A DNA stretch of 64,000 bases, from the NCBI GenBank assembly GCA_965203465.1, contig CBDBCR010000003.1, positions 736,001-800,000 of the forward strand, written 5' to 3'. This document shows, piece after piece, positions 9,284 through 19,155 of the stretch. The translations under genes were made by a program, and so were the position numbers. Numbering within the stretch: the stretch's first letter is position 1; each line of letters opens with the position of its first letter. The stretch comes from Nitrosopumilaceae archaeon (GTDB lineage: Archaea; Thermoproteota; Nitrososphaeria; Nitrososphaerales; Nitrosopumilaceae). The notes under the pieces were generated by a model. That model was not told where the DNA came from. It searched no databases and saw only the letters and a list, made by a program, of their open reading frames with translations.

Positions 9284-10400
9284 GTGAAGGGCAAGTCGCT
9301 GGGGCCCGTCCCCTCCGTCGTCGCGTGCCGGTGGAAGCAGGGCAACAGAGGCGGCTCCATTCGGGGCATACTGAAAGATGTCTTCGGCCTGAGCATGTGC
9401 AGGGCCGCCGTGTTGCACGTCATAGGGTCGGTGGCAGACGAGCTCACAGAAGAGCACGACAAGATAGTGGAGCAGGCGAGCGAGCGGTGTGAGGGTGGAC
9501 GACGAGACCGCGATGGGGCACACGTACCGCAACGAGCCCGTATCGGACGCGCCTGACGAGTCCCCCGAAAAGCCGCGGCCGCGGTGACCCGCAGCTCCGA
9601 TCCAGCACGACAGCTGCGGGCTAGGCAAGGAATGTGACAAGCTGCAATCGCCGTAGCGCCCCGCAGATCCGATCCAGCACGACAGGGCGATGCCGTCCCG
9701 AACCGCCCCGCCCGATCCGGTCGGCGGATGTACCAAGCGCAGGCAGGTCTACGCGTGGGGGCTCGTGACCCTCACGTTGGTCGTGGTGCGCCTGGCCTTG
9801 TCGCGCAGCGGCGCGATATTCGTGGAGCACTTCGAGTACAGGATCAGGGCGGCTAACACGACCGACGGGTACGTAGTCTACGACGTGGTCCTGGTGCGTC
9901 AGCGGTACTTTGCGCACATTCTCCGGGACGCCGAGCAGATGTCGTGGTCGAAGGAAAAGTCGGACGTAGAACAGCACGGGCGCCTGCTGGGCATCTACTC
10001 CGAGGCAAAGTCGCTCTGGCGCCCGGGCGGCGCGCTGGCAGGCCCGCGCGCCCGCGAAAACTACGCGAGGCGGGTTTCTGCCGCCAAGGAGCTGGCGGGC
10101 GAGTACAAGAAGGCGGGCCGCGAAAAGTTCGGCGGCAAGATGGAGCGCGCAGTAGATCAGCTCTTCGTGTTCATCCTGTATCCGGGCCTGGATCCGACCA
10201 ACAACGCGTGCGAGCGCGTCATGAAGTCCGTGGCGAAGCAGCGCAACGTGCGCCAAAAGTGCGCGACTGCCGCGGCCGCGCCAGGTTAGGCATCCTGATG
10301 ACGTGTTTTGAGACGGGGAACAAGCGTGGCATCTCGGTCATGGACAAGCTGGACGAGATTCTGGGCGTACAGCCCGCCCCCGAATATGTGCAGATCCTAT
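9284..10400 (+). pseudogene. IS66-family transposase remnant
   Basis: Fragments across frames: ILKDVFGLSMCRAAV, DDET, TTDGYVVYD, QRYFAHILRD, PTNNACERVMKSV. Multiple frameshifts, with an internal ~25-bp direct repeat (9589-9613 and 9661-9685). Confidence 0.8.
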
Positions 10401-10747
10401 TGAAGATTCCACGTATCTGGCGCTGCATCAAACACTATCTCTGTTCCTTTGATGTCTGATTTCTCCATGGTGTGGGAATCAAGCCTACCGTCGCCCACTT
10501 TGCATACAGCAACCAAGCCGTCGTTTTTTGGTATAGTGAAGCGCGTTACTTTGATCTCGGAGATCTTGATGATCTGTTCGTTTTTGTCATGATCCACATA
10601 CTCTATCGTGGTGTTTGGTGTGTCTGGTACCACAAACCACTCATTGTCAATTCCCCCGTCGCTGATCTCATACACAAGACCCTTGCCTTGTCCTGTTGGT
10701 AATCTCAGGCGCTTGACCTCGATCCCCTTCGGTAGCACGATATGCAT
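10397..10747 (-). CDS. Hypothetical protein, AT-richer than its surroundings
   Basis: 116-aa ORF with natural composition. Upstream AT-rich inverted repeat TATAACT-N8-AGTTATA (10771-10792). Confidence 0.6.
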   Translation of the reverse strand: MHIVLPKGIEVKRLRLPTGQGKGLVYEISDGGIDNEWFVVPDTPNTTIEYVDHDKNEQIIKISEIKVTRFTIPKNDGLVAVCKVGDGRLDSHTMEKSDIKGTEIVFDAAPDTWNLQ

Positions 10748-11077
10748 GGCAGGGCTTCCAGAAGCCGGCGTATAACTGTATAGTAAGTTATAGGAGTGTA
10801 GACTCAGGTCGATTTGACTGCCGTGGCTAGGCCGCTTCGGCTAGGCACGCGCGGCGTCGCTACGCGCGGGCTCGGCTCCGTTGCGCGGCGAAACGGCGTC
10901 CCGAGCCGCCGTCCGGCGGCGGATCGTCCTAACTGCGGCCGGGTCGGAGAACAGCCCCTGTTTGCGGCGCGCCTCCGGCAAGCCAGAGCCCCGCTTTTCC
11001 GCGCGCGCGGCAGGCGGCGTCGATCCCGACCGGCTGGCTCGGCATGCGGCTGCCGCGCTCCGGTGCGGCGCCGCCCG

Positions 11078-12907
11078 TCAGAGCGTGGCCTGCGCGTGAC
11101 GCGGCTCCCTCTTCTGCATGGCCACCCGGGTGGTGTCCATGATGGACATTACCTTGGGGCGCACGCCTGCAAAGTACTCCCCGACGGTGTAGATTTGGAC
11201 CTTGGGGTACGTCCCGTACTCGGTATGGTACACCCCGGCCTTGGCCGCCGCCTCGTACATGCCCCGGGACGGCTTTTCGAGGCAGATGAAGATCCCGAAC
11301 GCCGCCTTGCCCTCCATCGTCCCGGCCAGCTCCCTGACCATGGACGGATGCAGGTTTTTGCCCCCTTTTACGGACACCACGACCGTCTCGTACTTTGGGT
11401 TGCCGTCCGGGTCCCGGACGAGGATCTGGCCGCTGCCGTCTACGCCCCCGTCGCCGGTCTGCTTTTGGTTGGGGTGCACGTTCGGTATCAGACTCACGGC
11501 CCACGTCTCGAACTGGAACTTGTTCTGCCGGGCCAGCATCCGCGCCGATTCCGGCGACTTTGGTATCCCGCGTATGTCAGGCCGTATCTTGAACTTGTCC
11601 GACAGCCTTTTCGCGACGAGGTTTACGGCCAGGTGCGTTATGTCGATCCCCACCCACGACCGGTTCAGCCTCTCGGCTTCCATTACCGTCGTACCGCACC
11701 CGCAGAACGGGTCGAGCACCGTGTCGTCCTCGTCCGAGGACGCGCGGATGATGCGCTCTAGCAGCGCCTCGGGCTTTTGCGTGGGGTACCCGACGCGCTC
11801 GTTTCCCTGGGCCGGCAGCACGTCGTCCCAAAAGTCCCCGACGTTCTCCCCCGCGTAGTCGTCCTCGTACACCTTGCGGATCAGTTTCCTGGAGCCGTCC
11901 GGCCTCTCGACGATCTCAAAGTTCCCCTTGCGGTACTCTTCCTCCAGCTTCTCCCGGGACAGCCGCCAGCCCGAGGGGTGCGGGTTGGAAAAGCCCTTCC
12001 ACGTATAGCACAGGTTGGGCCGCGCCCCCATCCCCGGCGTGCTCCAGATGTGCGAAGAGTCGTCCATCCACCGGCGCCCGTCGGGATCCTGCTTGCTGAA
12101 TTTTTTGCGCCTTTTTTCCTCGGTCAGCGGCGCCTTGGGGGGGTTGAACTTGGCGCGCCTCGCGTCCTTTGCGTAGAACAGGATGGTGTCGCGGTTCCGC
12201 CCGAACTTTTTTGCCGCGTGCTGGCTGCCTTTTTGGCCGGAGGTCGCCCGCTTCCACGTTATTTCGTTCCTGTAGTTTTTCGGGCCGAACACGGCGTCCA
12301 TCACGACTTTGAGGTAGTGGCTGGCCGTGGGGTCGCAGTGCACGTACACGCTGCCGCTCTTTTTGAGGACGCGGTGCAGTTCTAGCAACCGTATGGCCAT
12401 CGCGACCACGTACGCGAACAGGTCGTTCTTGCCCACCGCCTGCCTCAGGCCCAGGACCACCCCGCCTATGCGCGTCCCTGCCAGGTAGTCCAGCGTGGCC
12501 TCGGATTCGGCCGTCCACGACCACGTGTCTTGGAACGCGAGTATCTGGGCGCCGGACTTTTTGCCGTCCTTGTTTTTGAAGATCATGTTGTAGTCGGCGT
12601 TGGAGTTGAACGGCGGATCGAGATATATGAGGTCGACCGACTCGTCTCCGACGTGCTGCCTCAGTACGTCAAGGTTGTCGCCGTAGTACAGTAGTCTCGA
12701 CCTGGCGTCTCGACCTGGCGTCTCGACCTGGCGTCTCGACCTGGCGTCTCGACCTGGCGTCTCGACCTGGCGTCTCGACCTGGCGTCTCGACCTGGCGTC
12801 TCGACCTGGCGTCTCGACCGCTGTGATCGGTCAGCCCGTTCTTTGGCAAGTGCCAGAGGCCGTTTTCCGGACTCCGCGCCTACCCGCCGTCCGAGCCTGC
12901 CCTCCAA
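11078..12907 (-). CDS. Beta-class N6/N4 DNA methyltransferase fused to a C-terminal Mrr-like endonuclease domain
   Basis: YYGDNL, LIYLDPPFNS, GYPTQKPEALLERII, VLDPFCGCGTT. C-terminal FQFETWAV..GDGGVDG..VSVKGG. Start is uncertain (TTG 12907 chosen; the ORF is open to 13075). Confidence 0.9.
   Translation of the reverse strand: MEGRLGRRVGAESGKRPLALAKERADRSQRSRRQVETPGRDARSRRQVETPGRDARSRRQVETPGRDARSRLLYYGDNLDVLRQHVGDESVDLIYLDPPFNSNADYNMIFKNKDGKKSGAQILAFQDTWSWTAESEATLDYLAGTRIGGVVLGLRQAVGKNDLFAYVVAMAIRLLELHRVLKKSGSVYVHCDPTASHYLKVVMDAVFGPKNYRNEITWKRATSGQKGSQHAAKKFGRNRDTILFYAKDARRAKFNPPKAPLTEEKRRKKFSKQDPDGRRWMDDSSHIWSTPGMGARPNLCYTWKGFSNPHPSGWRLSREKLEEEYRKGNFEIVERPDGSRKLIRKVYEDDYAGENVGDFWDDVLPAQGNERVGYPTQKPEALLERIIRASSDEDDTVLDPFCGCGTTVMEAERLNRSWVGIDITHLAVNLVAKRLSDKFKIRPDIRGIPKSPESARMLARQNKFQFETWAVSLIPNVHPNQKQTGDGGVDGSGQILVRDPDGNPKYETVVVSVKGGKNLHPSMVRELAGTMEGKAAFGIFICLEKPSRGMYEAAAKAGVYHTEYGTYPKVQIYTVGEYFAGVRPKVMSIMDTTRVAMQKREPRHAQATL
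12694..12819 (+). repeat. 13-bp tandem repeat (GTCTCGACCTGGC), 9 copies plus 9 bp, at the 5' end of the MTase
   Basis: Counted directly. Perfect copies abut the first conserved motif (LLYYGDNL). Confidence 0.97.
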
Positions 12908-13010
12908 CCCCGCGCCCCGGGGCGGCGCACTATTATGCGTATCTGGCCAGATGTTTGAAATGTCCCCACTCACGGGGACGGCTCGGATCCGGCCGCGCGT
13001 TCGCCTGTGC

Positions 13011-13397
13011 CTAAACCTCCGACGAGGCGAGCGTCTCAATCCCGTGGTCGCGCGCCACTTCCGACATGTCTCCATCGTCGGTGACTATGGCAAGCCCGTA
13101 CTCTTTTGCGACTACCACGTACGCAGAATCGTAGAATGTCAGCTTGGTCTTCATTCCCATGGTGGCCGCTTTCAACTCCATTGTAGACACGTTCATTACA
13201 TACATGTCTTTGATCAGATTCGTGTAGGTGTCTAGCAGTTTGAGCATGGCCTCTTCGCCCCTGCCAGAGTTTTTACACGCAGCGTTGCCTAGCTCGTATT
13301 GTGTTAGATCTAGCACCGCCTGGCCCATTAAATGCCCGCGTTGGGTTTCCCGTAGCAGTATGTTGAAAAACGCGCTAGCGTCGTAGAGCCTGTCCAT
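13011..13397 (-). CDS. PIN-domain (VapC-like) toxin
   Basis: LYDASA, LTQYELGNA, LTFYDSAYVVVA, IVTDD acidic PIN motifs. Confidence 0.88.
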   Translation of the reverse strand: MDRLYDASAFFNILLRETQRGHLMGQAVLDLTQYELGNAACKNSGRGEEAMLKLLDTYTNLIKDMYVMNVSTMELKAATMGMKTKLTFYDSAYVVVAKEYGLAIVTDDGDMSEVARDHGIETLASSEV

Positions 13398-13398
13398 G

Positions 13399-13893
13399 CT
13401 ACCTCGAGTCTCGCCCTTCCCGCACCGCCCGTACTACGTCTTCTTTGCTTATTTTTGATCCCAGTGTGTTGCGGATCCATTCCAAGTCAGACTCCATCTC
13501 CCTAGTCTTGCCTTCGTCAAGCGCGCGCTCCCTGGCGCGCTCGCGCGTCCGCAGTTCGTAAAGGAAGTTGACGCGGTTTTTGAGTATTGCAAGTTCCGCT
13601 TTCAACGGCGCAGTTTCGGCGTCAGATACCTCTCTGATCGCCTCCTCCAAATACCCTCTGCCATGCCGTGACATGCTGACGAGCCTTAGGGCGAGCACCA
13701 GATCGCGTAGATCAAACTGAGGCGACGCGTCGTATCGTTCTGATTCCGATTGTGCTCGGCCAAACGTCTCCATGAAGCCAGACCAAATAGGATCAGGTTG
13801 CATAGGTTGGAACTTGTCTAGAACGAGATCAGGTTTGAATGGCTTTGCTCCGCCGTCCAGCTCGTGTTGCGTACGTTTGTCTGCGAGCGTCAT
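13399..13893 (-). CDS. Putative antitoxin (VapB-like C-terminus) with a long unknown N-terminus
   Basis: Ends 1 bp before the PIN gene. C-terminal ISKEDVVRAVREGRDSR resembles archaeal VapB tails. Confidence 0.6.
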   Translation of the reverse strand: MTLADKRTQHELDGGAKPFKPDLVLDKFQPMQPDPIWSGFMETFGRAQSESERYDASPQFDLRDLVLALRLVSMSRHGRGYLEEAIREVSDAETAPLKAELAILKNRVNFLYELRTRERARERALDEGKTREMESDLEWIRNTLGSKISKEDVVRAVREGRDSR

Positions 13894-14297
13894 CTCGTGT
13901 CACTCCCGGCAGATGTAGAACGCCCCCTCATAGGAAGCTTCGAGGCGCGTCTGATCTGGAATGTTGTGGCGGAAAACCGCAAGTCTTCGAGAATGTCGTA
14001 CAGTTTTTCCTTGTCGCCTTTGTAGTTTGACATCAACTTGCCTAGATTTCCTGTTATGTTGCGAACCACGGCTTTTTTGTCATCTTCTGGAACGGCGTGT
14101 CGCTGAAATACATTATTTACTTGGACGAAAACGCTCTCGAGTGTTTCTGCAATGAAGACGCCGCGCTTGAAGTCCAGCAACGTGCACAGGCGGGTAAGAT
14201 CCGCGGCGGTCAGAAAACACTCTTCCAGTTTCGAAAGGCCCGAAAAAACTATCATGTCCTGCAAATGCTCTTCGAATGCCTCGTACACGTCTTTCAT
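13890..14297 (-). CDS. Hypothetical helical protein, first gene of a three-gene operon
   Basis: ATGA overlap with the next gene; AT-richer composition. Confidence 0.7.
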   Translation of the reverse strand: MKDVYEAFEEHLQDMIVFSGLSKLEECFLTAADLTRLCTLLDFKRGVFIAETLESVFVQVNNVFQRHAVPEDDKKAVVRNITGNLGKLMSNYKGDKEKLYDILEDLRFSATTFQIRRASKLPMRGRSTSAGSDTR

Positions 14298-14767
14298 GCA
14301 TGCATAGCCACGTCAGACTGATAAATACGTTGCCAGGTAGCCCTATGTAAACGATCAGGTCGAGGAATAGACTAGTCACGAAAAAGCGCCACGTATGGAT
14401 CGGGCCGTGCCTAAACGCAAGCCCGATCTGGCCGGTTACACCCGTATGCGGGATGCCGGAGGCACTTACCGCCTGAAGGCACCGACGGGCAGATCCTACA
14501 CGAGACCGGTTCTGGGCGCATTCACGCTCGGGGCAGAACCTCCCGGGCAGGGGTGCAGCCGTCCCTCTGGCTGGGCAGCTGCCGCCGACTGCCTGCGGGG
14601 GCCGCCCGTCGGAGCCCCGCCGCGGGCGGCGGCGCGCGCCTCTGGCATGCCAGAGCCCTGCCTTCCCGCGTGCGCAGCAGTAGGCCCCGGCCAGTTGCCA
14701 GAAAGTGCAAAGAACCTCCGGCTAGGCAGGCGCAAGGCCCGCAGAACCTGCGCCTTTGCAGAACGCG

Positions 14768-15670
14768 TCAGGCCGGGGGCCAGTCCAGGGCGTACGCGCC
14801 CACATCTATGTCGTTCTGCTTGCCGCACTTTAGGCGGCTTTTCCGGTCGTCTACGTAAATGTCCACCGTGTTTTTCCCCTTGTTGCGCAGTATCAGCGGG
14901 CCCAGAAACCCGGAGGGGAACAGGAAGGGCCTCGTCCTCTGCAGCAGCACGTACAGGTTCGGATCCCGCTCCTCAAACATCCTCATCAGGTCGTCCCTGA
15001 CGGTTATCTGCCAGCCCGAGGGCTTTTCGCTGGCGGACACCGAATAGACGGTCCGCCCGTCCGGACACTTTACCCACCTGCCTTTCTTGTAGCCGGCAAA
15101 GCCGTTCGAGCCGAGCAGCGCCATGGTTTCCTCGTCGGTTAGCGCCCTGCTCTGCTGCGCCTCCTCGGGGACCTGCTCCAGGTACCCGAACTTGTGCAGG
15201 ATGAAGAACATCTCCTCGCGGAACCGGCTTATGGTTTCTTTTTGCTGCAGGTTGGGGCGCGAGCCGCTGCCCGACGCGTTGACCGGCCTGTACTTTCCGA
15301 ACCCCTGGAACGCCCGGATCAGCTCGGCTTCCAGGCTTTTGCGCACGGTGCTGTCGCTGAACCTGGTGGTCTGGACCGGGCGCCCGTCCCAGATCACCGC
15401 GACCTTGTCGAAGGCGTGAACTCCCCCCTTTACGGGCGGGCCCCCCTTGCGGTGCTGCGATATGCGGGACTTTGCGTTTTCCGTCTCCCCGATATACACC
15501 GTCTCGGCCTCGTCGTTTACCAAAAGATACAGGCAGGCTATCTCGTCGACGTTCTCGTCCTTGAGGTGGATCTCGGCCACGTCCCTGTCCGACACCGTCA
15601 TGACGAGGCAGTCCCCTATCACGCGCCACAGGGAATCGGAGCAGTGCTCGTTGTACGTGTATCTTTTCAA
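14768..15670 (-). CDS. GIY-YIG-family endonuclease, probable REase partner of the adjacent MTase
   Basis: CLYLLV..VYIGETENAKSRISQH..LEAELI..N motifs. TTG start overlaps the MTase stop (TTGA). Confidence 0.8.
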   Translation of the reverse strand: MKRYTYNEHCSDSLWRVIGDCLVMTVSDRDVAEIHLKDENVDEIACLYLLVNDEAETVYIGETENAKSRISQHRKGGPPVKGGVHAFDKVAVIWDGRPVQTTRFSDSTVRKSLEAELIRAFQGFGKYRPVNASGSGSRPNLQQKETISRFREEMFFILHKFGYLEQVPEEAQQSRALTDEETMALLGSNGFAGYKKGRWVKCPDGRTVYSVSASEKPSGWQITVRDDLMRMFEERDPNLYVLLQRTRPFLFPSGFLGPLILRNKGKNTVDIYVDDRKSRLKCGKQNDIDVGAYALDWPPA

Positions 15671-16486
15671 CCCGCCGCCCCCCCGCGCAGCCTGGCCTGC
15701 ACGCCACTCACCCGCCTCCTCGCTATCCGGGCGTACTTTGGGGACACGTCGCAACCTATGAAATTCCTGCCCCTGCTCTTTGCCATCTTGCACGTGGTGC
15801 CCGAGCCGCACATCGGATCCAAGACCAGGTCGCCTTCGTCGGTCCACGACAGTATGTGCTCCTCCGCGAGCCGCTCGGGGAACACGGCCGGGTGCTCGAA
15901 TGCGTACCTGTCGCTGGTGGTACCGCCGAGGCCGACCGCGTACTCCCAGATGTTGGTCCGCGTCTTGTATTCGTTGAGCCGCGCCTTCACCTTTCGGTTG
16001 AGCGCGTCGGGCCCCTTGTTTGCGACCACGCCCTCGACGCCGCTGCGCGCGGTCTTTTCGGTCAGCGGGTTGAACGTGCGCGGCTTTCCCTTCGAGAGGA
16101 CCAGCATGAACTCGTAGCAGTTGGTGTACGCGTTGCTGCGCATGAACGGGGTGTTCCTTTTTCTGTATATCATGACGTCGTGCACGGCGAAGCCGATCTT
16201 TTGGAAAAAGAGGGCCTGGCGGAAGCTCGTGAGGCTCCGGCCCCCGTTAATCCTGTCCCCTATCACCCATACGACGATCCCCCCCCCCCCGGGTCACGTC
16301 GTAGAGGGCCCGCGCCGTGCCTTCAAAGTCGAATTCGTACCCGTCGTAGTTGCGCAGGTCGTCGTACGGCGGGGAGGTCACGGTGAGGTCGACGGAGCCG
16401 GGCCTGACCCGCTCGCGCATGAACCTGACGCAGTCGCCCGTGTAGATCCTGTTCTGCGCGGCGTACCGGGCCGCCGTGTCGGCCAT
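15667..16486 (-). CDS. Beta-class N4/N6 DNA methyltransferase, frameshifted at a G12 tract
   Basis: IYTGDC and LTVTSPPYD before the tract; HPAVFPERLAE and VLDPMCGSGTT after it in another frame. Confidence 0.92.
16279..16290 (-). repeat. G12 homopolymer on the coding strand of the MTase
   Basis: C12 on the + strand. G11 or G14 restores ..DVTRGGGIVVWVIGD.. Confidence 0.95.
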
Positions 16487-16704
16487 CTTTACCGGCCCCC
16501 CGGCGCGCGGCTCGAAACTGAATCGGCCGCATCGCGCTTGCGCATGAGCCGCCCGGCGGGAGGGCGGTTTTAAGTCTTGGTTGTCGGGCCCAGGGCCCGT
16601 TCAACGGTATCCTGCGCCCGTGTTTTCGGCCTGCCCTAGGATACTGCCGATCTAGATCTGGTGGGGCGGGCCCCCATCACGCAGACCGTCTGAATCGCCG
16701 CATT

Positions 16705-17763
16705 CTATGACATGCGGTTACGGGAACCAAGTCGGGGGACGTACCGGGGACCAGGATCTGTTATGTCTTTGTACACAATTCCCACATATTTCATGGCCCG
16801 CTGTACGTCAGATTCTGTTTCTATGTAAGAACAATAGTTACCCTTACCATAATGGCGCACATTAGAGATATCTAATACGAAATCATTTGGTGGCCAGATG
16901 CGTTTTGTGGTTGCATACACGATTAGGAGCCTGTGTTTGCGGAGAATTACAGAGCAGACCTGTGTGCTATCTTTGAGACGGAATGACGCCCATTTCCTTC
17001 TCTGTACATGTTCGAGTCCAAAATTGACATGCAAGAGACGTTTCAGATCATTGTACAGAGAACGGGTTTGCGGTGTGATTTTGGTGCCTCTGTAGTCACC
17101 TGCAATCCAGGCATCTTCAGAAAGGGAGTCGGAGACGACGGGGCGAGGTTTTGTTCGACGACGCGAGCTAACCGGGGCTCGTTCTTTGCCTGCCACGTTG
17201 ACTTTCGATATTGTCAAGTGGTTCGGGTACCTGCGGATCTCGCAGAGTTCCGTGACGCGCTGACCCACCGAGTTGGACGCTTCGATTTGTTTTTTGGAGA
17301 ATTTCGGCCTTACAAAGATCAAGTACGTTTTTTCCCATCGCACAGATCTCTCTTTTACGACCTTGTTCCGCTTTTCGCTCAGTGCATTACGGCACCTTTC
17401 TTTGTTTTGTTGCAACCTATCGTAGTAGATGGAGACTTGATCGGATATGTCCCTGTTGTCGGCATTCTTGTATTCCATTATAACGAACGCCTTGTCCTTG
17501 TCATCAAAAGCGAGCGCGTCCAGCGTTACATTTCCTATTGGAAACTCACTCTTGATTAGATCCAACCAAGGGAAAAACGTGCCAAAATTTTCTACCACCG
17601 TGCGTTTAATCTCATACTCGCGTTTGAAGCCAACGTGTTCGAGCTCTTTCAAGCCGCCCCTGCCGATCTCAAATATCCTCAACGCTCGCGACTGGAGGCA
17701 GGTGGGTATTTGTGTTTTAGTCGTGACGCCACGCCTGTGTCTAGGCACGACGGGCATAGTCAC
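16705..17763 (-). CDS. NucS/PD-(D/E)XK-like nuclease with a C-terminal DUF5655-like domain
   Basis: E..I....N..SEF....LDALAFD....FVIMEYK....DQ...Y; C-terminal DISNVRHYGKGN. True start is probably downstream (~17682). Confidence 0.65.
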   Translation of the reverse strand: MTMPVVPRHRRGVTTKTQIPTCLQSRALRIFEIGRGGLKELEHVGFKREYEIKRTVVENFGTFFPWLDLIKSEFPIGNVTLDALAFDDKDKAFVIMEYKNADNRDISDQVSIYYDRLQQNKERCRNALSEKRNKVVKERSVRWEKTYLIFVRPKFSKKQIEASNSVGQRVTELCEIRRYPNHLTISKVNVAGKERAPVSSRRRTKPRPVVSDSLSEDAWIAGDYRGTKITPQTRSLYNDLKRLLHVNFGLEHVQRRKWASFRLKDSTQVCSVILRKHRLLIVYATTKRIWPPNDFVLDISNVRHYGKGNYCSYIETESDVQRAMKYVGIVYKDITDPGPRYVPRLGSRNRMS

Positions 17764-17827
17764 GAATACGTAACTAGCGGATCTAGGCAGTGCCTAGAAG
17801 GGGTGCCTAGACATAGGCGGCGCCACG
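17722..17827. repeat. Nested inverted repeats built on CTAGGCAC
   Basis: CGCCTGTGTCTAGGCAC (17732-17748) pairs with 17803-17819 at 16/17. Inner palindrome TCTAGGCA-G-TGCCTAGA (17782-17798). Confidence 0.85.
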
Positions 17828-18271
17828 GTCGACACTGGTGCGAATTCTGGTGTTGCTGGGGGGGGCCGTACCTGGCCTCCACGCATGGATTGAACGATGA
17901 TGTAAAATGGCAGTAGTGGAAAGCGGCGGTTCGTTAGATGGCCGGGTTCGCTACAAGAAGATTCGTAGCCGCAACTTGACAGGCGAAAGGCGTACGCAGA
18001 TCTGCCTTGGCGTTACGGAGGCTGGAGTTTGGGAACCGCGATCGCCCGGCTGCATCCCGCCGCCCTATTAGTCAGATCCGTGGTGGTGCTCACGTAAGAC
18101 TGGATTTGCGGCGGGGCGCCGCGCTCCGCAAATCCGGAGTCGGCGCGCCCTGCCAAGTTCCAGCTTTGCAGGATCGCGCCGTTCCGCCGCCGGGCGTACC
18201 CCGTATTCGGGGGCGCGCTGCAATGATCCCCGGCGTCGGAATTTCGCCGCTGTCCGCCTCGCTGTGAGCGC

Positions 18272-18610
18272 TCAGACGCCCATGCCGAGCGCGATCGTCC
18301 TGCGTATCAGGTACGCCGACGTGGGGCTCAGCGCCGCGACTATGTAGACGCCCAGGATCCAGTCGGACAGCTCGAAAATCTCGTCTATTTGCGCCCCGTC
18401 TAGGATCATGAACGCGATGGCCGAAAGGGCGAAAACCCAGATCAGGCACACGGCTGTCCTTGTCAGCAATTTTTTGATGGCGAGCTCTTCCGTCTGCAGC
18501 GAATCGACCAGTTCGGGCGACGTAGGCATGTCCGGGTGCCCGCCGGATTCCGTCGACATTGCCCCTTTCAGGTCGGATACGGGCTGTTTTGACGACGTGT
18601 CGTCCCCCAT
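18272..18610 (-). CDS. Small two-TM membrane protein downstream of the Panacea gene
   Basis: ATG 2 bp after the upstream stop; two hydrophobic segments. Confidence 0.7.
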   Translation of the reverse strand: MGDDTSSKQPVSDLKGAMSTESGGHPDMPTSPELVDSLQTEELAIKKLLTRTAVCLIWVFALSAIAFMILDGAQIDEIFELSDWILGVYIVAALSPTSAYLIRRTIALGMGV

Positions 18611-18612
18611 GT

Positions 18613-19155
18613 TCAGGTTTCCCCTGCGTTCGGATCCGGCGCGACGCCGCCGGCCGCGCAGAGCTCCAACCTTTTTTCGTAGTACCGCTTGGTCTCTTCG
18701 TCCGGAATGATGGTGTGGAAGACGCCCGGCTTGTAGTGCTTTTTCCACGGAGTGCCGCTCGCATGGGTGATCGATATGAGGCGCCTGCCCGACAGGGCCC
18801 CGTACACCTCGATGGCGTCGTCTAGTATCGCGCGCCTCTGCTCGTCGATCCGGCTCTCGAAGAACTCCATCCTGTCGGCCAGCTCCGGGCTGCCCGACGC
18901 CGTGTCGCAGTATTCGAGCGACTGTATGGGTTTCTGGCCGTTGTCCCTCAGCGCGAAATACATAGACGGAAAGACCGGCCCGTACCTCCACGCCTGGGCC
19001 TTTTCCCTGATCAGCGGCTTGCCTAGCACCGCAAGCGAGTATCCGTGGGCGATGTACGCCGTTTTGATTACCTGGATCGCGGTCATGCTCGCCCTGCTTT
19101 TCGCTATTATATAGTCGGCGACGAGGGACGCGGAATAGCCCCTGTGAACGACCAT
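18613..19155 (-). CDS. Panacea (DUF4065/SocA-like) antitoxin
   Basis: YSASLVADYII..IQVIKTAYIAHG..PLI..QAWRYGPVFPSMY..L..ITH..PW. Confidence 0.9.
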   Translation of the reverse strand: MVVHRGYSASLVADYIIAKSRASMTAIQVIKTAYIAHGYSLAVLGKPLIREKAQAWRYGPVFPSMYFALRDNGQKPIQSLEYCDTASGSPELADRMEFFESRIDEQRRAILDDAIEVYGALSGRRLISITHASGTPWKKHYKPGVFHTIIPDEETKRYYEKRLELCAAGGVAPDPNAGET

